Of a stretch of DNA of 64,000 nt, positions 11,200-21,834 are shown in pieces. The position numbers and the translations under genes are program-made. The notes beneath the pieces were generated by a model, which saw only the letters and a program-made list of their open reading frames with translations, was not told the DNA's origin and did no database searches. Positions within the stretch are counted from its first letter, which is position 1. Every line of letters begins with the position of its first letter. Location of the stretch: the IMG/VR virus record IMGVR_UViG_2654587772_000002; one strand, written 5' to 3'. Source of the stretch: a virus. Lineage: Duplodnaviria; Heunggongvirae; Uroviricota; Caudoviricetes.

Positions 11200-13100
11200 T
11201 TTGATGCAACCCAGGCCACAGGGGTGCTCTGAACAGCGGCATCGGCAACCTTACCAGGAAGCTCTTTTGCGGCATTCCATAGATTACTACCAGCCTCTTT
11301 AATGTATTTTCCCGGGTTCTTAATGAAATCAATTGCACTATCAATTGCATCACTGAAAACCTTTTTCAGGTTATCGACAGTAAAGAAGTCTTTGATGGCG
11401 TCTAATTTTTCGTTCAGACTCTTGGTTGTGTCACTGAACCAGGCTGAAATAGCATCGCCAATCTTGGCTGTGTAATCGTTGAATGTTGTGGATATGGTGT
11501 CACCAAGGTTAGAAATATATGTTTTCTAAATTGGTAATCCCACTATCAATGGCCTGGGCAATACTTTCCGTCGAAAATGATTGCAACATATTGCCGATAT
11601 CCTCAAATCCAAGTGATTTGAGAACGCCACCAATGGCATTGCTAATACCAGATACCAGTCCTCCCATATCGAGAACGTTAGCCAGTGTATAAGCCGCTTT
11701 TTGCTGAAAAGATGGATCTTCCCCATCCTTTAAGCCCAAAGGTCCGACGTTGTGCTTCTGTATCATTCCAACCGGTTTACCGCATCATAGATACCTCCAG
11801 CCACCGTGCCGACTAGCGGAATTGCGCGTAAAAGCCCCCTTTGCAAAAGCCTTAACACCTAGTTTCTCCAATCCCTTAGTTGCAAGTTTTCCGGCACCGC
11901 GAGTAGCCAATTCGCCAGCTTCTTTGGCAGCAGCTTTTTTCCCACCAAAGCCCAATAAGCTTGCAACTTTTTTTATACCTAAAGCGCCTAGTGCCATCGA
12001 GCCAACTTTCTTTAGTGCCCCACGGCAAAAAATAAGGGAAGCAATACCACCGGCCCCCTTCCCTAACAGGGCTAAATAATTTGGACAGCAAGCCGCCCTT
12101 CTTTTTCCCGGTGTTTTTGGCTATCTGATCAAGGCGCTGAGAATCTTGTCATTGCCCTCTTTAATTTCGCTGGGTCTGATCCTGAAGTTCCTGAACCGTC
12201 CGTTTTTGGGTGTTAACCTGAACGACATCGGGCACTACTTTGCGATTTACGCCTAAAAAAACCTTTTTCTACGGCTGTTATCGTCATTGCCACGAATCAC
12301 ATCGGCAATTGACTTTCTGGCACCATTAAGCGAACCGCCAACTTCTTTTGATATTCCGCCAAGCTCTTTCCTGCTGCCCACAATGGACCAGCAACGGCAT
12401 AACCTAAAGCATCGACGGCACGAGTCTCTGAAGGGTTACCTATGCCTTCAGCTTACTTTTGACAGTTTTTTTAATAAACCCGATTCAGCATTTAGACGCT
12501 CATCATCCTCTTTGCGCTAGCTTTTTCAGCACGTTCAGCACGGGGCATCTTCCGCTGCGGCCTTACTCCCTGACTTCCCAATAAAACGACCACGCGCATC
12601 GCGTTGGTTTTGGCTTTTTTGCGCCACCGCCTTTTTGACCGAACATTTCGCGAGCGTGTTCGGCTGCTTCGGTCCGTTGTGCCTTTACATCCTCTGGTAT
12701 AGCCTTCCTGCGTCGTTTTTTACCCTTTTGGTGTGGTTGATTTGGCCCGCTGTTTCCTGTTGAGCAACATCTTCCTGAACTACACGAGAAACGTCCCCTA
12801 AGTTAAGCCGTTTCATTGCCTCAACAAATAGGGTCCACTGATGGCGCATTGGCCACAAAGTCTGGCCGTGAATTTTCGATTGTGCGATTTAATGCCGACA
12901 CACTGCGAGAGACAGGATCAAACAGTTGCAACGCGCCCCCCTTTCAAAATCTTCAACAGCTTCCCGGATACCTGCAAGCTCTTCCAGCTCTTTTGCGCTG
13001 GCGGTTTCAACTGTCCTTATAACATCGTCAATGTTGGCGTTTTTTCGTTCCATGATCTTATCGCCTACCGTTTCGGTTTAAGTTTTTCTTCCAGTTTCTC
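11200..13100 (-). pseudogene. fragmented tape-measure-like gene remnant
   Basis: several short minus-strand ORFs in different frames with Gly/Ala-rich segments (GLVSGISNAIGGVLKSLG; GAGKLATKGLEKLGVKAFAKG); no intact long ORF. Confidence 0.35.
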
Positions 13101-13135
13101 CAACAGGAAAAACGCATAGGATTTCAGTAAGCCTT

Positions 13136-13621
13136 TCAGCGTCCTGAATCGGTATACCCCCATACAAAACCAGGTTGGACACTAAGGTCTGATAGCTTTT
13201 CAATCCCCACCTGTGGAATGAAGTCGGTAGCCCGAAAGGGCACCCACAGACGGGTATATGCACCCTCTGTGGACTCCTTTTTATCCTGATTTGGGCATTT
13301 ATGCGGCGGGAGACGAAGACGCATTTCACCTTTATCGATGTAGCACGGCAAACCATGTTCGAGCTTTTCATGAGCCAGTCGGATGTGTGCCGCCAGCTTC
13401 ATAAATTCAGTATCAATGGCCATCCGTTTAATCGTTTCATAACGACGCTCAGCCTGATCTTCACGAGTACCGCTAACATCGTTATAAAGCTCACACTGAT
13501 AAGCGAATTCCCAAAAAACGCAAATCAACGATCGCTTCTTTGAATTCCGCGTCGTCTTCAGGTGGCAATGCTGCACGGCGCATCTCCAGCATTTCCATTG
13601 GCCCCAACCATCAAGCGGCAC
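13136..13621 (-). CDS. hypothetical protein (overlaps the 3' end of the upstream ORF)
   Basis: 161-aa ORF with non-ATG start; uncertain. Confidence 0.25.
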   Translation of the reverse strand: MPLDGWGQWKCWRCAVQHCHLKTTRNSKKRSLICVFWEFAYQCELYNDVSGTREDQAERRYETIKRMAIDTEFMKLAAHIRLAHEKLEHGLPCYIDKGEMRLRLPPHKCPNQDKKESTEGAYTRLWVPFRATDFIPQVGIEKLSDLSVQPGFVWGYTDSGR

Positions 13622-14021
13622 GATACCGCCATTGATAAGGCACTCCCTCTACAGACACCTCAATATCGTCAATGAACGGTTCCGCTTCCAGGACCTGGAT
13701 ATCTTCAGCCAGGGCATTCATATCGCAATCGTAATAATGCTCTTTACCGCAATGTTTACAGGTGTAGGTGAATGTCTCGACCGGTGTTTCACGGGAGCCG
13801 GTAAATATCCACCATAACGCGGTAATCCGGTCCTGCGCCGTCCATGTCAGGGGATCATGTTTCGCGGGTTCAGCCAGCAAGGCTTTTAAATACGCCGTTG
13901 TCTGTTGTTCTTGTTCCTCCGGTGTTATCGAGTTGAAACGCATCGCATCAGCAATATTTGGCTGACGGAACTGGATCAATTCAGTTGGCCGCGATGGTAG
14001 CGGGAAAAGAGGTAAAAGCAT
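13611..14021 (-). CDS. hypothetical protein (position suggests tail assembly chaperone)
   Basis: 136 aa, located just upstream of the tape-measure remnant. Confidence 0.3.
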   Translation of the reverse strand: MLLPLFPLPSRPTELIQFRQPNIADAMRFNSITPEEQEQQTTAYLKALLAEPAKHDPLTWTAQDRITALWWIFTGSRETPVETFTYTCKHCGKEHYYDCDMNALAEDIQVLEAEPFIDDIEVSVEGVPYQWRYRAA

Positions 14022-14192
14022 CCTTGCTCCTTAATTCAAAGAGAAAAGCTAAAGCCCAGAAGGGAAGCCAAAGAACTTGAGGATTGGTTAAACGTGCTGT
14101 GCAATGCGAAGGTCATTGGGAATGACTTAAATTCCGTAACCTGATCCCGCGCATAGGTGACATCTCCGGTAGTGACCGGGAATACCGTCATC

Positions 14193-14648
14193 TCATTTTC
14201 CAGGTTTGGTTAAACCGGAGGACAGCAACCGATAAATACGCACATTGAGCAAATATTTAGATGGTATGTTCCCGGTGCCGTCAGGATTGATCACCCGACT
14301 TTTTGCCGTCTTAAACCAGTCCAAAACGAGGCCATCAACGGTATCCCTGACCATCATTGTTATCTGCCCTGGCGAACGCTCCGTTGGCTGAAGGATATTC
14401 CCTCCGCCGATTTTAATCGTTTCATATTCGATGCTGTAATCGTGGTAGGTAATGTCTTTAGCAAAGAAGTCTGCCCCCTCCAGACCATCAACTTCGACAG
14501 AGAACTGCCATCCTTGCGCGAACAGCATTTTGTTCATGATGATTGACGTCAGCTTACCAACTTCCCGTTCACCAACGCCGGAGCCAAATAATGTCGTCGT
14601 TAATGCCGAAGATACATAAGACTTTACTGAAGCAACATTAAGCCCCAT
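14193..14648 (-). CDS. putative virion / tail protein
   Basis: 151-aa ORF in the tail gene block; no confident motif. Confidence 0.3.
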   Translation of the reverse strand: MGLNVASVKSYVSSALTTTLFGSGVGEREVGKLTSIIMNKMLFAQGWQFSVEVDGLEGADFFAKDITYHDYSIEYETIKIGGGNILQPTERSPGQITMMVRDTVDGLVLDWFKTAKSRVINPDGTGNIPSKYLLNVRIYRLLSSGLTKPGK

Positions 14649-14658
14649 ATCAGCCCCC

Positions 14659-15249
<591 letters not shown>

Positions 15250-15369
15250 TTAACCGATTCTACGAGTAGTCATTTGTTCATCGTGTAACAATATTGCCAT
15301 TGGATAAAATAACTACAGCGCCCACAAACGGGCGCATTCTGTACATGACTTGAGATATATTATGTTGCA

Positions 15370-16152
15370 TTAAAGCTTTTCAAGATAATCAGCCAAGCCT
15401 TTCGCATTATCGGCATAGTATTTTGTTGCATTTACTATTATTGACTCATAATACGATTTGCATTCTTTCTTCCATGGAGTGCACGAATTTATTTTTTCCA
15501 TATCGTTTTTATTTTTAGAAATACCAACAAGCATAATGTACCCGATAAATCTTGTTGTCAACGCGCCAATCGGTAGCGTTCTATTCTCGGCTACTGTCTT
15601 TATTAAATTATCTTTATATTGAGGAATGAAATAGTTACCAACATATTCCAGATTTGCTTCAATAGGATTAAGATAGAATGAGCAATACTGAAAAGTGGGA
15701 ATTTGTCTAAATTTAACACCAGAACATAATGAATAAATTTCTTGTTCTTTTGTTAGTTCTTTTACTATGTGACTGTTGTCAGTCGTATCTTCTAATCTTA
15801 TATAGTTCAAAGACGATTTTGCTTGTCCTGGGCTTACAAGCTCAATAACAGGATGCCCATTAGACAATGTTATTCTTTCGATCTTACCCCGAATTCTAGA
15901 AGTTTGACTCCATTCATCTAAGGCTGCTATTTCATTTTTCTTGAATGAATCAACAATATCTGATGGCAAGCTAAAAACAGTAGCTTTCGTATTCATAGTA
16001 TATGCAAGCGAAGCAGATACCATATAGTTTCTGACTAAATTATAGTCCTTCTCGGAAACAGAATACTCATTAGGAATAGCTATTGAATTTGCAAATGAAT
16101 AGCTGCTAACAAAAGCAAACGGCAACAATAGTTTAAACATTAATTTTTTCAC
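15370..16152 (-). CDS. secreted hypothetical protein (moron)
   Basis: 260 aa; signal peptide MKKLMFKLLLPFAFVSSYSFA; AT-rich coding sequence unlike its neighbours. Confidence 0.55.
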   Translation of the reverse strand: MKKLMFKLLLPFAFVSSYSFANSIAIPNEYSVSEKDYNLVRNYMVSASLAYTMNTKATVFSLPSDIVDSFKKNEIAALDEWSQTSRIRGKIERITLSNGHPVIELVSPGQAKSSLNYIRLEDTTDNSHIVKELTKEQEIYSLCSGVKFRQIPTFQYCSFYLNPIEANLEYVGNYFIPQYKDNLIKTVAENRTLPIGALTTRFIGYIMLVGISKNKNDMEKINSCTPWKKECKSYYESIIVNATKYYADNAKGLADYLEKL

Positions 16153-16181
16153 TTATCACTATCCTTCGAATATCTTTACAT

Positions 16182-16818
16182 TTAAAGCCCGTCTTTGCAG
16201 AGACTAGTTGCTGTAGCGGTAAGTTGTGAAACAGGAATGTTAGGGCTGTCCCGTTTCATTAGAGCTAACTTAGTTTCAACACATTTTTTTATTCCTGGGG
16301 TCAAATTATCAGTATCATTTGCATCAGCACTCCCTAAAGCCCTCCGCTCAAGCGCACCTTGAGTATTTTGAGTGCGCATGCCACGCGCATTCAGAAATTG
16401 TTCGCTATTTATATAGCTACTTAAAGATTTTCCCTGATCTTCTTTGCGAATTTTTCCATTAGCCACTAATACAGCCCAACTAGGAATCATCATATCTGGT
16501 GCAGTTTCACAATACGCTACCATCTGATTAAAAGCCGAACGGTTATATTCATTAAGATTAGGATTAAGAAATTTCGAATAATACATTTTTGCAGCATCAT
16601 CTGTCGCAACCTTATACATTTCTTGCTGAACCATTGCTTCAGACAAACTTAAGCGCGTCATATCATTCTGGAGAGCTTTTTTCATCTTGCCGTCTTGACT
16701 GACAGTGAAACCGTAAACGTGCCCAAGGTATTTCGTGTAGTCGGTACAAATCTCCTTTACACTTGATGCTGCATTAACAGTCCCAGTCATAAATAATAAC
16801 GGTAGTAATAGTTTTCTC
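16182..16818 (-). CDS. secreted hypothetical protein (moron)
   Basis: signal peptide MRKLLLPLLFMTGTVNA from the internal ATG; AT-rich; Cys-containing. Confidence 0.55.
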
Positions 16819-16915
16819 ATTATAACCTCACCTGCCTTATAACTCATTTAGGGTACATATTTTCGCCTTTAAAAAAAGAGGTTATTAGATCCAATTGTGC
16901 ATTCATTAAACAAGC

Positions 16916-16932
16916 AATGCTCTAATAAATTT
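16916..16932 (+). promoter_or_regulatory. C1-repressor-operator-like site (AATGCTCTAATAAATTT)
   Basis: matches the 17-bp P1 C1 operator consensus ATTGCTCTAATAAATTT with one mismatch; lies upstream of the antirepressor region. Confidence 0.45.
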
Positions 16933-17246
16933 GTATTTTTAAGTCACGAATGCTATCTTTGCGCATCATATTGACCTTTTAATCGTTCAGGCTTATATTT
17001 CCGCTGTCGTAGCAAATTCTGCGACCGGGTTTAGCAGCCTGAATGATTGTGCGGACAGCCGCAGATATCCGATATTGCGGTATTTTTGTGTCCGTAAAAC
17101 CGCGTTACGCCCAAATTATGGTGGGGCGTGATGGGGAGGCTTCGGCCTGCTGGTTTCACAATCGCCAGTCTGCTAACCCCGTCACGTCCTGCCACCTGTT
17201 TAGCAGCGGGTAGCAGGTTGTTAAACCTGATTGTGAGGCCGTAACT

Positions 17247-17468
17247 ATGGTTAATGCCAATCCTTGCGCACGCCCAGAATTCATCTGGCGTTTCTATTCC
17301 TGTAAAAAACACCACTATCACTTCGTTATCGCAGCAACTGAAGACGAAGCACGCTCTCAATTGCCTGATGGCCCCTGCATTTTTACTGCCCGTTTTTCAA
17401 CTAACTCGCGCAATTCACTTAGTTACTGGAACCTCCCCTTCTCTGCCGACGTTCAGGGGGGTTTATGA
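17247..17468 (+). CDS. small protein overlapping the antirepressor start (icd-like position)
   Basis: 73-aa ORF ending in a 4-nt overlap with the ant start; assignment is by position only. Confidence 0.3.
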   Translation: MVNANPCARPEFIWRFYSCKKHHYHFVIAATEDEARSQLPDGPCIFTARFSTNSRNSLSYWNLPFSADVQGGL

Positions 17469-18856
17469 AAAAACCTCTCGTCACCCGTAATGAAATAGCC
17501 GAAGCGATCGCCCTGCATACAACCTGTATGCCGACACGGGAGATCCCCGGCGCAATTGCCAACTATTTCATGATAACCAGGCGTTTTTATACCCGAACAG
17601 ATAAGGCTGTGATCAACAAGCTACTGATAGCCGAGATCAGGGATTATTTGATTGAACAAGGACGTCTACGTTACGCAACAGTGGCAGCAGAAATGAGAAA
17701 GGAGGCACATAGAATGACCGGTAATAATTTAAATGTTGAAAAAACAGTACCTGTTACGTCAGCTACGCCAGCACCAGCCGTGAATGTCATCCCCAACACC
17801 GGAGACACAATCGACAGCCAAACATTGTTGAAGATGGTCAATGAGGCACGTAAGTTATGTGGAGAACCAGAGGTTAGAAACAATAAATTCATCGAAAAAA
17901 TACTCGATGAACTTGAAGGTGAATTTTACACAAAAAGTGCAAAATCCCATGGCACAAGGGCCGGGCGCTCTTTTGAGGTCATAACCATGACCTATAAACA
18001 AGCCCTGCGAGTCGCCGCACGCGAATCAAAAGCGGTCCGCCGTTCGCTACATACCATGATTCAGTCATTGGAACCTATAAATGTAGAAAATCAGCCTGAT
18101 GAAATTCCCGTTCTGGAATGGCAGGGAGTACGCGTCGTGACAACCGAGACTCTTGCTAGAGGGTATGGCACTACACCTATTCGTATTCAGCAGAACTACA
18201 ATCGCAATGAAGAACGATTTGTAGAGGGTAAACACTTCTTTAAAATCAAAGGAGATGAGATAAAAAGTTTGCGACTATCTTTTAGCGAGTTGCAAATTTC
18301 CCCCAAGACCAGATCCTTAATACTCTGGACCGAACGCGGAGCGGCACGCATGTCTAAGATCGTAGACACAGAGCAAGCGTGGGCATTCTTTGAAAAACTG
18401 GAAGACAGCTACTTCCGGCAAAAAGAACAGCAACCGGTCACAATCCCCCAAACATTACCAGAAGCTCTACGCCTGGCTGCCGAGTTGGCAGAGCAGAAAA
18501 TGCAGTTGGAACAACAGCTGGTGGCCGCAGCCCCTAAAGTAGATTTTGCCGACCGGGTATCAGTGGCTAATGGAATCCTGATCGGGAACTTTGCAAAGGT
18601 CGTTGGACTTAAGCAAAACGCCCTTTTCTCATGGTTGCGCCAGAACGGCATTCTCATGGCTTTTGGTGCGCGCAAAAACGTACCGCGCCAGCAGTACATT
18701 AACGCCGGGTATTTCACGGTGAAAGAAGTGGTGCTGGATGATGAAAATGGCTACCAGATACGGCTGACGCCCCAATTAACGGGTAAAGGCCAGCAGTGGT
18801 TAACTCGCAAGCTACTTGATGCTGGTTTGTTAAAACCAGTGGCGTCCTTGTCTTAA
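17465..18856 (+). CDS. ant: phage antirepressor (ORF6N-type N domain plus KilAC C-terminal domain)
   Basis: 463 aa; C-terminal APKVDFADRVSVANGILIGNFAKVVGL...GYFTVKEV block typical of KilAC antirepressors. Confidence 0.75.
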   Translation: MKKPLVTRNEIAEAIALHTTCMPTREIPGAIANYFMITRRFYTRTDKAVINKLLIAEIRDYLIEQGRLRYATVAAEMRKEAHRMTGNNLNVEKTVPVTSATPAPAVNVIPNTGDTIDSQTLLKMVNEARKLCGEPEVRNNKFIEKILDELEGEFYTKSAKSHGTRAGRSFEVITMTYKQALRVAARESKAVRRSLHTMIQSLEPINVENQPDEIPVLEWQGVRVVTTETLARGYGTTPIRIQQNYNRNEERFVEGKHFFKIKGDEIKSLRLSFSELQISPKTRSLILWTERGAARMSKIVDTEQAWAFFEKLEDSYFRQKEQQPVTIPQTLPEALRLAAELAEQKMQLEQQLVAAAPKVDFADRVSVANGILIGNFAKVVGLKQNALFSWLRQNGILMAFGARKNVPRQQYINAGYFTVKEVVLDDENGYQIRLTPQLTGKGQQWLTRKLLDAGLLKPVASLS

Positions 18857-19094
18857 CGTATTCAGACCAGGATTTGCCATAAATTACAGGCATGTGTACG
18901 ATATGCCCAACCCTGTTTTTCAGGGGAGGCGCAACGTTATGCGGGGGTTATGAACTCCTGGATGCGTAGCCTCCAGACAGAAAAAACCCTCGCTACAACG
19001 TTGCATGGAGGCAACCAGCGAGGGCATTCCTTATGTCTGAACAACAAGAGGATAGCCGCAAGCAGTTGCTGTTGCAAGTATGCGGAGCTTCGTA

Positions 19095-19211
19095 ATGACT
19101 CTTCAAAAAGCTTGCAAGTGGATTGTGACCAACATCATTGTTCCTGTCATCATCGGAGCTTCAAGTTCTGTGTTGGCATCAGTGATTGCCTCACTTCTCC
19201 ACATTGCATAA
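19095..19211 (+). CDS. candidate small hydrophobic peptide (38 aa)
   Basis: MTLQKACKWIVTNIIVPVIIGASSSVLASVIASLLHIA; terminator about 55 nt downstream; speculative. Confidence 0.2.
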   Translation: MTLQKACKWIVTNIIVPVIIGASSSVLASVIASLLHIA

Positions 19212-19265
19212 CAACATTGAAGGGCGTTAGTTCGCAGTATAACAGCAGCGCGTTGCGCCCGAACA

Positions 19266-19300
19266 GGCCACAGGGTAAAACCTGTGGCCTTTTTCGTTTT
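19266..19300 (+). terminator. rho-independent terminator
   Basis: hairpin GGCCACAGG-GTAAAA-CCTGTGGCC followed by TTTTT. Confidence 0.5.
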
Positions 19301-19409
19301 ATCCAGCCACAAATCCACATTGAAAAACGCCTTATACAAAAAAACCTGCCAGCAAACTGGCAGGTTTCTGAGCAGATCGTCCAACCCGATCTGGATCGAG
19401 TCAGAAAAA

Positions 19410-19426
19410 TTTGCTCTAATAAATTT
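19410..19426 (+). promoter_or_regulatory. C1-repressor-operator-like site (TTTGCTCTAATAAATTT)
   Basis: consensus-like motif 70 nt upstream of the KilA-N gene. Confidence 0.45.
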
Positions 19427-19495
19427 CGTTTTCTAAGTGCAAAAAATCACCATTTCGAGCTGGTGATTGAAGGTTGATGCAAATTTGGAGAAAAA

Positions 19496-20344
19496 ATGCA
19501 ACAAACATTCAATGCGGATATGAATATATCAAACCTTCATCAAAATGTCGATCCTTCAACCACCCTGCCTGTTATTTGTGGTGTTGAAATTACGACCGAC
19601 CGCGCTGGCCGTTATAACCTTAATGCTCTACACAGAGCGAGCGGACTCGGTGCCCATAAAGCGCCAGCTCAATGGCTAAGAACGCTCTCAGCTAAACAGC
19701 TCATCGAAGAGCTTGAAAAAGAAACTATGCAGAATTGCATAGTTTCGTTCGAAGGCCGTGGCGGCGGCACTTTTGCCCATGAATTGCTCGCAGTGGAGTA
19801 CGCTGGTTGGATTTCTCCCGCGTTTCGGCTGAAGGTAAACCAGACATTTATCGACTATCGAGCTGGAAGATTACAACCTGCTATTCCGAAGAGCCTCCCA
19901 GAAGCTCTCCGTTTGGCTGCCGACCTGGCAGAGCAAAAGCAACGGCTGGAGCAAAAAATGCTGATGGATGCACCTAAAGTCGAATTCGCCGAACGCGTTG
20001 CTACCGCCAGCGGGGTTCTAATCGGCAACTATGCCAAAGTGCTCGGCCTGGGCCAAAACTATCTCTTCACCTGGTTGCGTGATAACGGAATTCTGATCGC
20101 AACCGGTGAACGCAGGAACGTCCCCAAACAAGAATACATATCCCGTGGGTATTTCACCCTTAAAGAAACCGTGATCGATACAAGCAATGGAAGCAGGATT
20201 TCTTTCACGACTCGTATAACCGGCAAAGGTCAGCAGTGGCTGATGAAGCGATTGCTTGATGCTGGTGTGCTGGTGTGCTGGTACCTGTCGCGGCAACGCG
20301 CTAACAGACGTAGTAAGAACCACCAGCATTGTAATGCTGGCTAA
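19496..20344 (+). CDS. kilA: KilA-N domain protein with KilAC C-terminal domain
   Basis: 282 aa; N-terminal KilA-N-like region; C-terminal block paralogous to the C-terminus of the 463-aa antirepressor. Confidence 0.65.
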   Translation: MQQTFNADMNISNLHQNVDPSTTLPVICGVEITTDRAGRYNLNALHRASGLGAHKAPAQWLRTLSAKQLIEELEKETMQNCIVSFEGRGGGTFAHELLAVEYAGWISPAFRLKVNQTFIDYRAGRLQPAIPKSLPEALRLAADLAEQKQRLEQKMLMDAPKVEFAERVATASGVLIGNYAKVLGLGQNYLFTWLRDNGILIATGERRNVPKQEYISRGYFTLKETVIDTSNGSRISFTTRITGKGQQWLMKRLLDAGVLVCWYLSRQRANRRSKNHQHCNAG

Positions 20345-20369
20345 AGTCACTTTCCTGAGCTGTATAACG

Positions 20370-21176
20370 ATGAGCGATTTTACTTTTTCTGGCTATGAAT
20401 TGGCCTGCTTTGTAACACACTCTGGTCTATCCCGTAGCGCCGGGCATATCCTGTCGCAATGTGCAAATCTCGCGGCAACAACCAGTGAATACTTCATTCA
20501 TAAGCCTCACCGCCTGATCGCGGCAGAAACTGGTTATAGCCAATCAACCGTCGTTCGTGCATTCCGTGAAGCAGTAAACAAAGGAATCCTGTCAGTAGAG
20601 ATTGTTATCGGCGATCACCGTGAACGTCGCGCTAACCTGTACCGGTTTACCCCATCCTTTTTGGCCTTCGCACAACAAGCCAAAAATGCGCTGATTGAAA
20701 GCAAATTAAAGATCTCTTCAGCCGCAACCAAGGTTAAAGCTGTTCTCGCTAAGACATTGGCTTTATTTGATTTTTTATCCACACCCCCATGTCAAAATGA
20801 TACCCCCTCCCCCTGTCAGGATGACGTGGCAATAAAGAATAAGAAGTCACAAGTTAAAAAAACAAAAAGATCAGTTTCCGGCGCTGCCGGAACGACCAAA
20901 CTCAAAAAATTGACTTCATGGATCGCTGGTGCAAAAGCAAAGGCCGACAATCTGCGGTTATCCAAAAAACGCGCTCAAAAACATGAGTTCCAGCAGAAAG
21001 TTGAGGCAGCGGCCCGGAAATATGCTTACCTGAAGAGCAAGCGTTCTCCTGATATTGGCGGGATATCAAACTTCGATAATCTGCCGCATTGCATGACGAT
21101 AAACGAAGCTCTGGATATGGTCCTATCTACAAGAAAAGAAAAGGAATTTTATATTCCAACTGGTTTTCGCGGATGA
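20370..21176 (+). CDS. HTH-domain protein, possible RepL-like lytic replication protein
   Basis: 268 aa from internal ATG; follows kilA as repL does in P1; Lys-rich C-terminus. Confidence 0.4.
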   Translation: MSDFTFSGYELACFVTHSGLSRSAGHILSQCANLAATTSEYFIHKPHRLIAAETGYSQSTVVRAFREAVNKGILSVEIVIGDHRERRANLYRFTPSFLAFAQQAKNALIESKLKISSAATKVKAVLAKTLALFDFLSTPPCQNDTPSPCQDDVAIKNKKSQVKKTKRSVSGAAGTTKLKKLTSWIAGAKAKADNLRLSKKRAQKHEFQQKVEAAARKYAYLKSKRSPDIGGISNFDNLPHCMTINEALDMVLSTRKEKEFYIPTGFRG

Positions 21177-21271
21177 TCGCGAATGATAGAATCTTTACGT
21201 GTATTTAACGCTCAATACACACTATTTTGTCACCAGTATTATTTTTAACGTTTTTATAGGTAACTTTTTCC

Positions 21272-21787
21272 ATGAAAAAAGTAGTTTTAACGGCCCTTCT
21301 GGCATGTGCCTTGGGGGTTGCTGGGACTGCCTCCGCATATCAGCACACACTCTCCTTAGACTTTGCCCAAGGAAGCGCAACGGTTAAAGGCGGAGATATA
21401 AAAGATCCAAAAGGCGTGAATATTAAATATCGCTACGAAATGGATTCTACGTGGGGTGGATTAGCTTCGGTCACTTACGAAAAGTCAAACACAAACCTAT
21501 GGAATGCCGCCAAAGCCAAGGTTGAGTATGCCTCATTTACTTTTGGTCCGTCATACAGATTCAATGAATTAATGAGTGCATACGGCTTGGTGGGTTTAAG
21601 CCATGCGGATGCAACAGCAAAACTGAATGGACAGTCATATGCTGGCTTTGGAACCGATTTTGCTTATGGACTTGGGCTTCAATTTAACCCATCTCCGCAG
21701 TTTGCAGTTGATCTCTCGTATGAACGTTCTAAACCAGGTGATCTAAGCAATAGCATTTGGATGCTTGGTGTCGGTTACCGATTTTAA
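21272..21787 (+). CDS. Ail/Lom/OmpX (PagC-like) outer membrane protein
   Basis: 171 aa; signal peptide; beta-barrel signature and C-terminal GVGYRF shared with Lom. Confidence 0.8.
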   Translation: MKKVVLTALLACALGVAGTASAYQHTLSLDFAQGSATVKGGDIKDPKGVNIKYRYEMDSTWGGLASVTYEKSNTNLWNAAKAKVEYASFTFGPSYRFNELMSAYGLVGLSHADATAKLNGQSYAGFGTDFAYGLGLQFNPSPQFAVDLSYERSKPGDLSNSIWMLGVGYRF

Positions 21788-21834
21788 CTATTTAGTCCCT
21801 CTGCCCTACGCAGAGGGATTTATACTTTGCTCTG

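Noticed and set aside
17031-17360. 109-aa minus-strand ORF
   Set aside because: Overlaps the immunity-like leader and the small ORF on the other strand; Cys-rich nonsense translation.
18950-19477. 175-aa plus-strand ORF
   Set aside because: Cys-rich low-complexity translation spanning terminator hairpins; the shorter 38-aa peptide in another frame is more plausible.
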